Positions 13,481 to 29,500 of a DNA stretch of 64,000 bases are shown here, in pieces. Every line of letters starts with the position of its first letter. Position 1 is the stretch's first letter. Made by a program: the position numbers and the translations under genes. The notes beneath the pieces are model-generated. The model was not told where the DNA came from, ran no database searches, and saw nothing but the letters and a program-made list of their open reading frames with translations. The stretch is from Eledone cirrhosa (Eukaryota), in assembly GCA_964016885.1 (NCBI GenBank), contig OZ024749.1:55924001-55988000 (forward strand), written 5' to 3'.

Positions 13481-14119
13481 TATATGTGTGTGTATTTATA
13501 TAAGTTTCTATTCATTTGTATCATTGTAAACTGTCGTCTGCCGCACATACAAACACAGAACGTCATCTAGAGCTGACTATAGTTAGTGTTGTGTCTCTCT
13601 ATCACTCTCTCATCTCTCTCTTACTCCTTCTACACACACACACATGCACATATACACACACAAACACAAACAGACGCACACGTGCCCAGTCAAATATATA
13701 CACATACACGTATATATATATATATATATGTTTATACAGACACATACACACACACACACACATATATATTTCAAATTGAAATAGTGAAACCTTTACTCTC
13801 GATTTAATTAAATAATACATACTAAAACTTTCCTGTTCTCTCCCCCCCCCCACATACATAATACTTATACACACTCATATATATATATACACACACACCT
13901 CTGTTTCAAACCCATTCTTTTTCTAACTCGCCTTCTTTCTCTCTGTCTCTTTCCTTCTCCCTTTTTCCTCTACTCTATCCCTACTTATCTTACCGTTCCC
14001 TATTTTTCTCTGTTTCCATAACATATACTTACTCTCCCAGTGTTTCTATCTCATTATCACACCTTTTATCCTGTATAGAGGTAGGTATGGCCCTTTATTT
14101 TTTTTGTGTTCATATCTCG

Positions 14120-14290
14120 AGCAAGATGGCGGGATAACATAGATGAGATCGACTGGTCTCACGTGAGGATCCAATCGGATCAATTCGAGATGGCTACTTC
14201 TATGAAGACCTGCTGGAATATATGTTTCAGGAATCTGTCCTCACCCCCTCACCATCCTCTCATGAAGAAGTGGGCGAAGAAGAAAAAGTA
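14120..14290 (+). mobile_element. RTE-like LINE 3' end (second family)
   Basis: RARWRDNIDEIDWSH; aligns by eye with 29330-29500 and with the reverse complement of 38372-38530. Confidence 0.6.
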
Positions 14291-14334
14291 GAAAAAGTCA
14301 ATTCATAAATTCTATAACTTCCACACGGACTCTC

Positions 14335-14570
14335 CTTTATCGGTCGCTCTCCGACAAATTTGCGGTCGTACCCTTGGCAGTGGAGACTTCTGGTGTCCTC
14401 GGCTCTTCGGCTACCTCTCTACTCACCACCATAGGCGCTGAGCTGGCCAGCCGTAGGTGTGAAACCTCGCGAGTGTGAATGGCTCTTCCAGCGCGTCTCC
14501 CTTGCCGTCCTCCGGGGAAACGCCTTCTCTATTCTGTCCGCCGGGACTGTGGGGAGGACATCAATATGAT
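14335..14570 (+). mobile_element. CRE-clade non-LTR retrotransposon 3' end (restriction-like endonuclease C-terminus), frameshifted
   Basis: Translates to FAVVPLAVETSGVLGSSATSLLTTIGAELASRR.../WLFQRVSLAVLRGNAFSILSAG, the PLAVETxG...QRxSxAVxRGNA pattern of CRE-type RLE domains. Confidence 0.7.
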
Positions 14571-14959
14571 TGACTGTTTGTACTTGTTATATATCTATAT
14601 CTGTCCAACACTATATGATGAAAGCAGGTAGCCAGCTACATCAGGCCAACTTCAGCTTTTCTTTTCTATTTATACGGTGGTCCTCCAATAGTTTCCTATG
14701 ATTTTTCAAATACTACATTCGTGTATATTCCTAACCACCTCCCAAATAACTTCTGTTTCCTCTCTATAATCCATTTCTATCACAAGTGGTCCTCTCTATA
14801 TATCTCTTACTTTATTCTATCTCGTTTGGAACTCTTTCACTTTCGAATGTGAAGACAAGCGCTACTAAAAAAGGGTGAAAAGATGGAAGATGTGAAACAA
14901 AACTGACAGCTAACGAAACGTGTGTACCTAAATGACGACATCGTTCAATGAATTGCTAT

Positions 14960-14990
<31 letters not shown>

Positions 14991-15015
14991 TCTATCTATT
15001 TACCTACATACCTTC

Positions 15016-15053
<38 letters not shown>

Positions 15054-15129
15054 GTCCATGTGACTTTGTATCTATCTATTTGTCTGTCTGTCTATCCATG
15101 TATCTACCCCTTCTCTCCCTCCCTCTCTT

Positions 15130-15184
<55 letters not shown>

Positions 15185-15392
15185 TGTTTGTGTCTATACA
15201 TAGTGGCCTGACAATTTATACGCAAGCTGATGTTCGTAAAAATCATCGCAATATTTTGAAATTATTTAATGATTGCTTACATGTGTAGATGCATTTATGC
15301 ATTTACATGTATAGAGTATATTCATAACTAAAGCACCTTATATGCATTGGCTAGTACGTGCGGACGCTCACATATATACATACGTATGCAAA

Positions 15393-15433
<41 letters not shown>

Positions 15434-15527
15434 GTATATGCATTCCTACGTGCAACATATCAACTTTGTTTATATAACAGACATGGAAATATCTGTGTTT
15501 GTACGTGTCTGTACACACAGACACACA

Positions 15528-15644
<117 letters not shown>

Positions 15645-15876
15645 ATAAATTACCTTATTCTTTCCCTTCTATTTCATCCTTATCCCCTCCTTCTCCTCTC
15701 CCTCATCCTCCCGTACATATATCTCTATACATTTTCTTATCTTTCACTCTTTCTCATCTTTTCCCACTCTTTTTCTCTATATTTTACTAAAATTTATTCT
15801 CCTCTCCTTGCTTTCTTTTCTTCATCCATCCATCATCGTCACAATCATTATTTCAATCTTCACTTCCACAACTGAA

Positions 15877-15957
<81 letters not shown>

Positions 15958-16159
15958 ATTCCTTCACTACTTCAACATACATACATCTCCAACACCACCA
16001 CCTTTGAAGTATTCTTCACCGTATCTTCCTTCTCCCCTCTTACTCTATCCCTCTCACTCACTCTCTATATAGCTCTATCCCTCTTTATCCATCTCTTTAT
16101 CACTCTATCCCTCTCCATATTCCCCCATTCTCTCTTTCTCCCTGTCTCTATCTCTCATT

Positions 16160-16202
<43 letters not shown>

Positions 16203-16274
16203 CATATCTCTAAGTCTGTAATATTCTCTCGCTATCTTACGATGTGGTAGTTCTGTATATATACATACATGTGC

Positions 16275-16334
<60 letters not shown>

Positions 16335-17118
16335 CCACTAACACAGACAAGAGTGAGTGTATAGTAAAAGAGTGACTATATCAGGACCTACGCTGCATGG
16401 AATATCTATTGATAACACTATATAGCTGCAGTCCCTTTAACTATAGATAGCTGCGGCGTATATACATGTACATATATACGCACACATACATATATATATA
16501 TATATACGCATATGCGTACAGGCACACATGTATATATCTTTATATACGCATACATGTATATATATATACATACAAACCCACATACATACATACGTATATA
16601 TATATATGAGAGAGAGATAGAGAGAGGGAGAGAGAGAGAGAGATCTGAAGAGAAAGAGAGGGAGTTAGAAGATATGTATTTAGATAGCTATCGAGCTAGA
16701 GGGATAGGTTGATAGATACACTATATACACACATATATACATACATACATACATACATATGCATATATACATACATACATATACACATACATACAAACAT
16801 AAACATACTTACATACATATATATATATACACACACATAGAGACATACACATACATACATAGACGGACTGATACTTAGTATGTGAGTGTTGGGCCAACGT
16901 CTTAGTCGACGATGAGTGCTCCTTTTCGAAACAAGGTAGCAAGTGAAATTAACGTACATGCTACCGAGCATTCCACAATCTTGTGAACACTTATTTTACT
17001 TCTCAGGGAGATTCAGCGTAACACATTGTGTTATGACCGGGCTTTCAAAATACAGGTAGAAATCCATTTAGCTAGGTGAGTGTTCTCCGGCAAATAAAAT
17101 GAAGTGATTTCGTCAGGG

Positions 17119-18550
17119 TCAGCATACACCACACTGAATAAAACTTGGTGAGGGCCAGCACACACTGCTCTGAATAAAACCTGGTGAGGGCCAGCATACA
17201 CCACACTGAATAAAACTTGGTGAGGGCCAGCATACACCACACTGAATAAAACTTGGTGAGGGCCAGCACACACTGCTCTGAATAAAACCTGGTGAGGGCC
17301 AGCATACACCACACTGAATAAAACTTGGTAAGGGCCAGCATACACCACACTGAATAAAACTTGGTAAGGGCCAGCATACACCACACTGAATAAAACTTGG
17401 TGAGGGCCAGCATACACCACACTGAATAAAACTTGGTGAGGGCCAGCATACATCACACTGAATAAAACTTGGTAAGGGCCAGCATACACCACACTGAATA
17501 AAACTTGGTGAGGGCCAGCATACATCACACTGAATAAAACTTGGTGAGGGCCAGCATACACCACACTGAATAAAACTTGGTAAGGGCCAGCATACACCAC
17601 ACTGAATAAAACTTGGTGAGGGCCAGCATACACCACACTGAATAAAACTTGGTGAGGGCCAGCATACATCACACTGAATAAAACTTGGTGAGGGCCAGCA
17701 TACACCACACTGAATAAAACTTGGTAAGGGCCAGCATACACCACACTGAATAAAACTTGGTGAGGGCCAGCATACACCACACTGAATAAAACTTGGTAAG
17801 GGCCAGCATACACCACACTGAATAAAACTTGGTAAGGGCCAGCATACACCACACTGAATAAAACTTGGTGAGGGCCAGCATACATCACACTGAATAAAAC
17901 TTGGTGAGGGCCAGCATACACCACACTGAATAAAACTTGGTGAGGGCCAGCATACACCACACTGAATAAAACTTGGTGAGGGCCAGCATACACCACACTG
18001 AATAAAACCTGGTAAGGGCCAGCATACATCACACTGAATAAAACTTGGTGAGCGCCAGCATACACCACACTGAATAAAACTTGGTGAGGGCCAGCATACA
18101 TCACACTGAATAAAACCTGGTAAGGGCCAGCATACACCACACTGAATAAAACTTGGTGAGGGCCAGCATACATCACACTGAATAAAACCTGGTAAGGGCC
18201 AGCATACACCACACTGAATAAAACTTGGTGAGGGCAAGCATACATCACACTGAATAAAACCTGGTAAGGGCCAGCATACACCACACTGAATAAAACTTGG
18301 TGAGGGCCAGCATACATCACACTGAATAAAACTTGGTGAGGGCCAGCACACACTGCTCTGAATAAAACCTGGTGAGGGCCAGCATACACCACACTGAATA
18401 AAACTTGGTGAGGGCCAGCATACACCACACTGAATAAAACTTGGTGAGGGCCAGCATACACCACACTGAATAAAACTTGGTGAGGGCCAGCATACACCAC
18501 ACTGAATAAAACTTGGTGAGGGCCAGCACACACCACACTGAATAAAACCT
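17119..18550. repeat. 36-bp minisatellite, about 40 copies
   Basis: Unit CAGCATACACCACACTGAATAAAACTTGGTGAGGGC; no indels. Confidence 0.95.
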
Positions 18551-18715
18551 ACAACAATAAGATTGTGAGATTGTGTGACGAACACACTAACAACTAAGCC
18601 ACGATCCTTTAGAGACACACACAACACACGTCACATAAGCATTGCTTTCTATCTATCTATCTTTATATTTATATATCTAGCTATATGTCTTTCTATCTCT
18701 CTCTTTAACCCTCTC

Positions 18716-18750
<35 letters not shown>

Positions 18751-18835
18751 TGAAAAATGGAACGGGAACAAAACAGAGAGGCAGAACGAACAAAGGTTTA
18801 TTAGTTTCACGCTCTTGGGAGTGGGGGATGGGGAA

Positions 18836-18858
18836 CGACGTTTCGGGCATAAGCCCTT

Positions 18859-18861
<3 letters not shown>
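18836..18861 (-). ncRNA. Minimal Penelope-type hammerhead, 5'-truncated
   Basis: Minus strand: (TA)n-AAGA-A-GGGC TTAT GCCC-GAAA-CGTC; the CTG of CUGAAGA is missing. Confidence 0.55.
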
Positions 18862-18897
<36 letters not shown>

Positions 18898-19111
18898 AAC
18901 ACACATGTATATACACACATGTATATACAGAATGTGAGAGAGAGAGGAAGAGATGACTAAGTTCTAGTTATTAATCTATATATCTATTTCTCTCTCTGAG
19001 TAATATACTCGAACACACGAACACAAACTTCTATGTCGATATAAATGAATGCATACATAGAAGAAGAAACATATACATTTCTTATCTATCTATCTATCTA
19101 TCCATCGGTCC

Positions 19112-19191
<80 letters not shown>

Positions 19192-19243
19192 CTGTGTATA
19201 ACCTCAGCTCGGAGGATCCGCATAAGGTGAAACATTTTAACTC

Positions 19244-19304
<61 letters not shown>

Positions 19305-19500
19305 TAAGATACTATTTATAGTTATGTATATATTATACTATTAACATCTATAAACAGGGAAGGTCAGTAATTTATTACTACCTTATTACCAGTAAGATAA
19401 ATAGCTCAATGTAAGAACATCAGTTGTTTTACATCAATTCCACACTGTAAACATGAAACTGTTGTACACAACATCAATTATATGTACAAACATTAAAAAT

Positions 19501-19545
19501 GCTCCGAAGACCCCAACCCTAGGTTTGGAAGAAACAATTGTCAGC
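19501..19545 (+). ncRNA. Degenerate hammerhead
   Basis: GCT-CCGAAGA-stem-GAAA-CAATTG-TC-AGC. Confidence 0.45.
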
Positions 19546-19859
19546 GAATAAATGTTTTAAACATAACAATGATTCTTGTGAATTCAATATATATATATAT
19601 ATATATATTAGTACCCAGCCGTCTATTTATCACCTCAAACATATTCTATCATTCTAGTCCACTCTGTTTCCCTATCACTGGTCCACATATTATTGTGTTA
19701 CTGTCCTTACTGTCCTGTTACATTGTGGTCTGTATCTACTGCAACTTCCCAATAGAACTGTCGCTATAACAATCTCTCTCAACTTATATACTGATCAAAT
19801 TCTTCATGTCCACCTCACATCACACTCACCACCATCTCTCTCTCACTCTCTCACACACA

Positions 19860-19941
<82 letters not shown>

Positions 19942-20029
19942 CACACTAGTCGTCTTTTGTATCTCTTTCCTCCTTTATTTCTTCATTTTTCTCCGTTGCC
20001 TTTTGAGTTTTGTGTTTTCTCTCCTTTAT

Positions 20030-20110
<81 letters not shown>

Positions 20111-20231
20111 AATAAATACTATAGTCACACATTGTGTGACTTCCTCAATGGCTATTTTCTTTTATGACTCCTATTGTTTCTGAACTTAAACCTCTACTTC
20201 ATCTTGTCCTTTTGAGGCACAAATGAGAGCT

Positions 20232-20385
20232 GATAGTTAGTGAAGAGGCCACAGAATATGTGACGAAAGAACATTAACGAACGAATGAATAGCGAGCATT
20301 AAAGATAAAGCGAAAACAAATGGTGCGTGTGTTTCCTTGTATTGGTAACACTGGCAACATGGTCATCCCCAAATATAACAATATA
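20232..20385 (+). mobile_element. Family 3 element copy, degenerate
   Basis: GTTA-GTGAAGA-GGCCACA GAATA TGTGAC-GAAA-GAAC-AT-TAAC, and terminus CCCCAAATATAACAAT(AT)n like 3599-3615. Confidence 0.45.
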
Positions 20386-20400
20386 TATATATATATATAT

Positions 20401-20460
20401 AGGAACGAGTAGGACCCCGACGGCTGAGCTCAAGCCGTTTCGACGGCTAATTCTGGACTA
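20401..20460 (-). mobile_element. Family 2 element fragment
   Basis: GACCCCGACGGCTGAGCTCAAGCCGTTTCGACGGCTA, nearly identical to 10013-10049. Confidence 0.6.
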
Positions 20461-20925
20461 AAATCTCTCTCTCTATATATATATATACTCACAGACTCAC
20501 ATGCACATAGATACATATGTTATTATTAATATATACCCTGATACTATCGCTAAGCAAACTTTTTTATAGGTATTGATCTTGTATCCGATATGAGCTAGGT
20601 TATAGAGAGATATATCCACTATGGGGATCGGATGCGTTGCTTTGTGTTTGTGTATGTGTTTGGATGCGTTGCTTTGTGTTTGTGTGTGTGTTTGGATGTG
20701 TGTGTGTTTGGATGTGTATGTGTTTGGATGTGTGTGTGTTTGGATGTGTATGTGTTTGGATGTGTGTGTGTTTGGATGTGTGTGTGTGTGTGTGTAGTAG
20801 GAAACGGTTAAATTTATCCAAAACATACACTTACATAGTTATGAAGCGATTGTTATCAAGTCTCAAAGTCAAGGGAAATGAAAATGCATATGTTGAAGTA
20901 TTATATATTTAAGTATATATTTAAG

Positions 20926-20934
<9 letters not shown>

Positions 20935-20959
<25 letters not shown>

Positions 20960-21268
20960 GGAATATATATATATATAAGAATATATATATATATAGGAAT
21001 ATATATATATATATATATATATAAGAATATATATATATATATATATAAGAATATATATATATAAGAATATATATATATAAGAATATATATATATAAGAAT
21101 ATATATATATATAAGAATATATATATATATATATAAGAATATATATATATATATATAAGAATATATATATATAAGAATATATATATATATATATAAGAAT
21201 ATATATATATATAAGAATATATATATATAAGAATATATATATATATATATAAGAATATATATATATAA

Positions 21269-21305
<37 letters not shown>

Positions 21306-21337
21306 AATATATATATAAGAATATATATATATAAGAA

Positions 21338-21369
<32 letters not shown>

Positions 21370-21478
21370 AGAATATATGTATGTATATATATATATATAT
21401 ATAAGAATATATGTATGTATATATATATATATATATATATAAGAATATATGTATATATATATATATATATATATAAGA

Positions 21479-21527
<49 letters not shown>

Positions 21528-21561
21528 AATATATGTATATATATATATATATATATAAGAA

Positions 21562-21595
<34 letters not shown>

Positions 21596-21603
21596 AGAAT
21601 ATA

Positions 21604-21636
<33 letters not shown>

Positions 21637-21660
21637 ATATATATATATATATATATAGGT
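20935..21660. repeat. (TA)n punctuated by AAGA
   Basis: Direct reading. Confidence 0.9.
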
Positions 21661-21962
21661 ATGTATATTTATGTCTGCGTGGGTGTGTATATGCATGTCT
21701 GCGTGGGTGTGTATATGCATGTATGTTTTTATGTATATATGTGTATGTATGAATGTATTTCTTTATATATAAATGTATGTATATATGAATACAAAAAGAA
21801 TGAAACTGGCCCATCACTGAAATTCCAACCAATTTTCATCGACTCATATATTATATAGAAAACTAAGATAACACTTTTCAACTTGGCTTCACATGATATT
21901 AAATGATGCTATCTCTTCTCATACTAACAGCAACTAGTCATATTGCGATTCTCTCATATATG

Positions 21963-22109
<147 letters not shown>

Positions 22110-22334
22110 TTATATAATCAATGCCAAAAATCGTACGTAGTATATGAAGAATTACTTTGCATTTATAGCAAAATTTCACAGTGGATACTCATATTGTGGT
22201 TGCCGTTATTGTCATTATTGTTGTATAACTCCAGGCCAGATCTGTGTTAAGCAGACAGACGTTACACAAGGTAGATGGTAGAACGACTAGATCTGGTCTG
22301 GAGATTATCTTTTCTAGATGTTGCATATCAGGGA

Positions 22335-22540
22335 GTGTCTACAGGTAGAGCTGCTCCTTGCCAGAATCGAAGTGGTGACATTACGACAATGTGGTTAGAA
22401 TGTCTCAGGAAAGAATCACTGGATAGATTTGTAATTTGGAGATGAGGCATTCGCTCGAGATGGAAAGAATCGTTGGATAGGTTTTACGGCAGGACCCCGA
22501 GCAAGATGTTGGCATAACATCCATGAGCTTGGCTGCCGTT
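22335..22540 (+). mobile_element. RTE-like LINE fragment (second family)
   Basis: GGTAGAGCTGCT...GTGGTTAGAATGTCTCAGGAAAGAATCACTGGATAGATTT...ATAACATCCATGAG matches 29150-29370. Confidence 0.55.
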
Positions 22541-22689
22541 TTACCGTCTATTTATGTATTCAATATTCCTGCTAAACAACTAAATCTGTTTTTTCCTAGA
22601 CACCTCGTTTTCTAAAATGTCTAATGTCTGTTTCCAGCTCTGAAGCTCACCAGGCTAGTGCTTATCTCGTTATCCTAGTCGTGAAGAAA

Positions 22690-22892
22690 CTGAGAGTACA
22701 AGATTTCTCCCTGGACATGACGTCAGTCAGTCACAGGGTTAAACACCCAACTATTGCTGGAACTCCTTTTCAGATGAATATAATGAAGGAATGTGAAACG
22801 AAGTGTTTTTATTTCTCTAGAACACAATATACAGCCAAGTTCAGGAATCGAACCCACGACAATATGATCGTAATTTCAACACCCTTAACTCG
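22690..22892 (-). mobile_element. SINE family B, diverged
   Basis: CAGGAATCGAACCCACGAC...ACCCTTAAC. Confidence 0.55.
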
Positions 22893-24802
22893 CACCTAGT
22901 GGTAAAAATATCTTCCCTGACTTTGCTTCGCTAAGACTCCTCCTACTATACACTGCGATACACAATGCTGAATCGTATTGATTGCTGTGTGACACACATA
23001 ATTTATTCAAAATATTCATCAATTTTTAAGACGGTATGGTAAAATCTGAAGGAGGGAAATGTGATATCAATGTTGCTAGCAGCTGTGTATCCTAAAATTA
23101 ATCATTGCATGTCATAATATGCAATATCGTCTATCGTTATCAACTCGGGGAAGTCATAGTGTATCCGGATCAACAGATTTGTAGTGATAGTGTGTTTTAA
23201 GACAATAACTTATTTCTTTCTCAAATCAGTTGGAAGTACACACGTGCTATCAAATACTTATATTGCAAAGGAAACCGTGCACAAATTCCTATTTCTAAAT
23301 CCCTTTTTATTCCGTGTGTATGACAGGTAATTCACAAGCTGGCTTGAAGCGCTCGTCTATCTTAAATAAATTGCATGGAAAATCCTACTATATTTCCTTT
23401 AAACGCTAGATGAGGTAAGGCACGTAGAAAGAAGATTGTTCTTCTTTATTCGCAAAGAGCTGATTTCCAATTCACGATATATGACATATACTATAGAACC
23501 ATATATTATATATTTAGTTAGTTTCACGGATTGACACTGACGTACATGTATAATTTATACTTTACTGACTTATCACCAGCTAGCTATGATATCTAGGGTC
23601 TAAAGAACAGAAGCTGAAATAAATAATACTCATGCATTTTATGTATTTCAGGTAATATTTTATATATTTTCAAACCAGATTCACAGACAGCCTTGGCAAA
23701 ATCCCACAACAAATTTGCGTCAATGAATTTGAATCAAGATTAATGTAAATCTACTTTAGTTAAGTTGTTAACGAACTAATGACAAGTAGGAACGTCTCAA
23801 CATCACAAATCCGTTAAATATAGAACATATTTAAATACCTTGCTAAACAAAATTAATGTATGTATAAAGTTCCCCATTGTAAATTATAGAATCCTGCACT
23901 GGAACAAATCGCATATTCTAAAAATGTTGTCTTCATTTGATTTTTCTAAATTCTTTATTATTACTGAAAATTTAATCTTATACTAAAATTAGGCTTCGCA
24001 CCAACAAAAATAACTCCGCAATATTTACATGAACGGCCTATTTGTTGAATTAATGTGTAATTGAGAGAGTATTTTCACAAATGCGTATGATTTTAGTGTA
24101 ATTCTCGGCCAAATCAGAATCAGCCTGACAGAATATACGACAAAGTTGCTGCATTAAATCATAGTGAAAGTCCAGTACAATGGCTTCCAAACTGTTTCCG
24201 ACGATACCAACTTCATAACAAGATGTAGGTTGTACCGAAACTATTGTAAAAGTTCAAATGTAAAGCTGTGGAATCGAACCAGGGACATCGATATTTTTAA
24301 GGAAAACTTTTAACGCATAAGAAATGAAACAAACTACGAGAATCGTATGTTGAAAAATTCATTGGCTGACCAAGATGGTCTCATGGAATGGCCAAGTGAG
24401 GTTTATTTTTCAAAATATTCCCTGAGGAAAAAAAATTAATGCAGTTAAAATTAATGCTTTCAAAATTTCACAGCTCTAGCATAGACCCAGCATAGTCAGC
24501 CTATGAACATTTCCCCCCATCCTCGTAAAAGTAAAAGACAATTTTACGAGAGGCAAAAATCTGAAATGTGTTGATAGATATTATAGATATTTGATCGTCT
24601 TGGAAGAATTGTGTAGCGAGTATTTAGTGCAACATTGTATTGAGTAAGGGATTGGAAAGAAACTATTAAATCGTAAGGATAAATATTGCTTTTTGAAACA
24701 TGAATAGTATACGTGAGATACTTTGGCTATCAAACGAAAGTACGAGAATAAAGATCCTATATATGTGTATTTATATATAGGTATATAGACACACAAACAG
24801 TC

Positions 24803-26068
<1,266 letters not shown>

Positions 26069-26284
26069 GTAATATATATAGGATGGTTACCATTGGAGAG
26101 GCCTATAATTTTCTATGTAGATAGACAAACAGACATATAGACGGTGGTGGGGTGGGGCGTTATGACAGTCTTTTACTAAGAAACTTTATTGATAGCAACG
26201 AGTGGAATGAAACTGAAAGTGCTTTCGTCATCAACATAAACCGGATTTACAAACCGGATTACGGAGCTAACTTGCAGGGATGGG

Positions 26285-26445
26285 TACCAAGATCGAAGTC
26301 CAGTATATGACTGGTACATAGTTTATTGTTCCCCAGGAGGATAAAATATAAAGTTGACCGTCCGACGGGATTTGAACTCGGAACAGACATGGAAGTAACA
26401 ATATGTTTTGTACACTTCTACTCTAACTATTGCACCAACTCTTTG
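26285..26445 (-). mobile_element. SINE family A, diverged
   Basis: CTGGTAC...AAAGTTGACC..GGGATTTGAACTC. Confidence 0.6.
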
Positions 26446-26714
26446 TATAGTATATAATGATGATGGTGTTGGTGTTGGGGGTTATCCCTGCTGCTGCTGG
26501 TGATGTTGGTGTTGTTGCTGCTGGTGGTGGCAGTGCTGCATTCGATGTTACTGTTGTTGCTGCAGTTGGTGATGCTACTGCTGCGGCTGCTGATGCTGTT
26601 GCTAGTGGTGTTGTTGTTGTTACTGCTGCAGCTGCAAGGATTACCAGCTGCTGCTACTGTTGCCGCTGTTGTTAGTGTTGCTGCTGATAGTGTTGCTGAT
26701 GCAGCAAGCTTTCT

Positions 26715-27060
26715 TTACCAGCTGTTGCTATTGCTGCTGCTGCTGTTGTTGCTACTAGTACTGCTGTTGTTGCTGCTGCTGCTACTAGTACTGCTGTTGT
26801 TGCTGCTACTGCTGCTGCTACTGTTGTTGCTGCTGCTACTAGTACTGCTGTTGTTGCTGCTACTGCTGCTGCTACTAGTACTGCTGTTGTTGCTGCTACT
26901 GCTGCTGCTACTAGTACTGCTGTTGTTGCTGCTACTGCTGCTGCTACTAGTACTGCTGCTGCTACTAGTACTGCTGTTGTTGCTGCTGCTACTAGTACTG
27001 CAGTTGTTGCTGCTGCTACTAGTACTGCAGTTGTTGCTGCTGCTACTAGTACTGCTGTTG
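26715..27060. repeat. Compound (CTG/CTA/TTG)n repeat
   Basis: Recurring CTACTAGTACTGCTGTTGTTG modules. Confidence 0.85.
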
Positions 27061-27239
27061 CATGAGATGTTCCACCAACAGCACCACAGCAGCAACAACT
27101 GTTTAGTGGAGGCCGCTTATCATCAGACGCAACGTCATCAACTATTTCGAGAACGTCACATATTATTGGTCAGTTTCTGCCGAACCGGTTCCACATGGAG
27201 ACTTTACAGGTAAACCTAGCTGAGCATGTCGACATACAG

Positions 27240-27286
<47 letters not shown>

Positions 27287-27289
<3 letters not shown>

Positions 27290-27428
27290 CGGATGTAGCT
27301 GTCGAAACGGCCGGAGATCAGCCGTCTGGGTCCTGACCTCTTTTTCTATTACCCACTCTACTACCCTAAGTATCGAGTACTCTGGTGCGTTATGGTCCAC
27401 CTGGTTGTTTACCACTCTTTCTTTGTTT
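27287..27428 (+). mobile_element. Family 2 element copy
   Basis: TAGCTGTCGAAACGGC...GCCGTC followed by a tail that is the reverse complement of 9925-10000; flanked by (TA)n. Confidence 0.6.
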
Positions 27429-27524
27429 ATATATATATATATATATATACATACATACGAGATATCGTTTTCGGTTTCCCTAGTTCAGAGTTAGAGTAGC
27501 CTATAAAGAGGATTCTTTCATCAT

Positions 27525-27599
<75 letters not shown>

Positions 27600-28133
27600 T
27601 GTATAGAGACTGCGGTGCTGAAACCGGGGGAGACCACTAATTGTGGAAGTACTGAAATTTGAAATATAGACACTCTTCGTGTGACACCAATAACCAGTTG
27701 AGCTGTTCCCAGTTTCTTCTTGTAGAGAGAGAGTCTCATTGTTTGATCACAGGTTCAATTCACTGAGCGAGGCTCAATGTGCGGCATCTTATACTATGTA
27801 TGTGAACGCGCGAATACGGGTTGTACATGTATATAGTAATATCCACCACCAGTTGTGTCGTAATGCCTCGTTGTTGAGTTTTTTTTTCTATTATAAATTC
27901 TAATTTCTAAATCTGAGGCTACACCATTGAAAAGTTGGGGAAAGTGGAAGTGCTATTCTAATGATCCTCCTTGGTGACAGGTCCCCGGCTATATATTCTG
28001 TTGTTGAACAAACAATTGTATTTAGTTCAACAGCGGCGGACGACGTGAATAACCCTTCGAAACGTCTAGATCTCCTGTCAAATAAATGTCTTAGATCTTC
28101 TGTGTCATTTATAAGCAGAATTCAGAGCCGTTG

Positions 28134-28342
28134 ATTGGCAGTATCGGTAGAAAGTCGGACGCCATTCTTTGCAGCATAGAGTTATGGCCCTTTATGATCT
28201 GAGTTCAAATCCCGCCGAGGTTAACTTTGCCTTTCACCCTCACGGGGTCGATAAAATAAAGTACCAGTCACGCACTGGAGTCGATTTAATTGATTTTCAT
28301 TCTCCCAAAATTGCTGGTCTTGTGCCTATATAAGAAACCGAT
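28134..28342 (+). mobile_element. SINE family A
   Basis: Full head, core and tail match. Confidence 0.85.
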
Positions 28343-28914
28343 TATAAGCACAATCTTCCCGTTTAAGGGGGTCGATAAGCAGTGTCCTAAAATCCCTTGT
28401 AACATTATATCCGTTCTCTGGACTCTCAGTAAATATATCACTGAGGCCCAATTTGCGTTTCCTAATTTTTGTGTGTGTAAATATATATACAGACATATAA
28501 CATTATTGTTTAATTATCTAGCTATAGAAACGTAAAAACACCAAAACTGTAATAGGCAGAGGGGGGGGGGGGGTGCAGCGAGAGAAAGAGGGAGAGAGAG
28601 AGAAAGAGAGGAAGAGATAGGGAGAGAGATGGGGAAGGTGAGAAAGAGCGATTGGGAAAGGCAGACAGATAGACAGAGAGAAAGAGTGAAGAGAAAAGGA
28701 AAGTGAGTGAGAAAGAGAGAGACTTGTATTTATTTAATCGTTCATCTGGTAAATGTCCATATGAAACAATACTTTTGGACAAGAGCCCGGTGTGTGTGTA
28801 TGTGTATATGCGCGTGTGTATGCATGTGTGTGTGCAAGTATGCGTTTTCTTTGTGTGCATGTGGTTGTGTGTATGAGTGTGTGCGTAGTTTCAGTGTACT
28901 CTGTCTATTACACA

Positions 28915-28995
<81 letters not shown>

Positions 28996-29149
28996 AACAT
29001 GCACGCACATAAATATATACATACACACATGCATGCATATATATATATATATATATATAAGTATTAGGGCTAGTTATTACACCAGCACCATGCCAGATAC
29101 GTACGTTTCGTTAGCCTTGAGGACCAACTTGTTCAATGTGTGTGTATAT

Positions 29150-29500
29150 GTAACGTTACTCGAATTGAGAGATCACAGCTCCGATACTATAGACATGTGG
29201 TTAAAATGTCCCAGGAAAGAAAAGCTGGACAGATTTTACAGGCAAAACGAGGAGCCGGCAAGAGAATAGGGGTAGATAGACCCTGAGAATAGGGGTAGAT
29301 AGACCCTGAGAATAGGGGTAGATAGACCCTGGAGAAGATGGTTGAATAATATCCATGAGCCTGGTTGGTCTCGCTTATCGATCCAGCCGGATCAGTTGGA
29401 GTCGGTTGCTTCTGAGAGAACCCGCTAGAAGACGTGTTTTAGGACCCTGTCCCCAAGACCCTTCCCAGGAACAAGTGGGTGCTGATGATGAAGAAGAAGG
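29150..29500 (+). mobile_element. RTE-like LINE 3' end (second family)
   Basis: LLRIERSQLRYYRHVVKMSQERKAGQILQAK...RPWRRWLNNIHEPGWSRL, ending in GAT/GAA repeats. Confidence 0.7.

Noticed and set aside
17031-18627. 501/502-aa ORFs, and CRISPR-like 36-bp periodicity
   Set aside because: Head-to-tail minisatellite with no spacers and no cas genes. The ORFs follow from a stop-free unit divisible by 3.
27090-27132. Minus-strand CTGATGA...TAAACAGTTGT
   Set aside because: GAAA is mutated and stem II does not pair.
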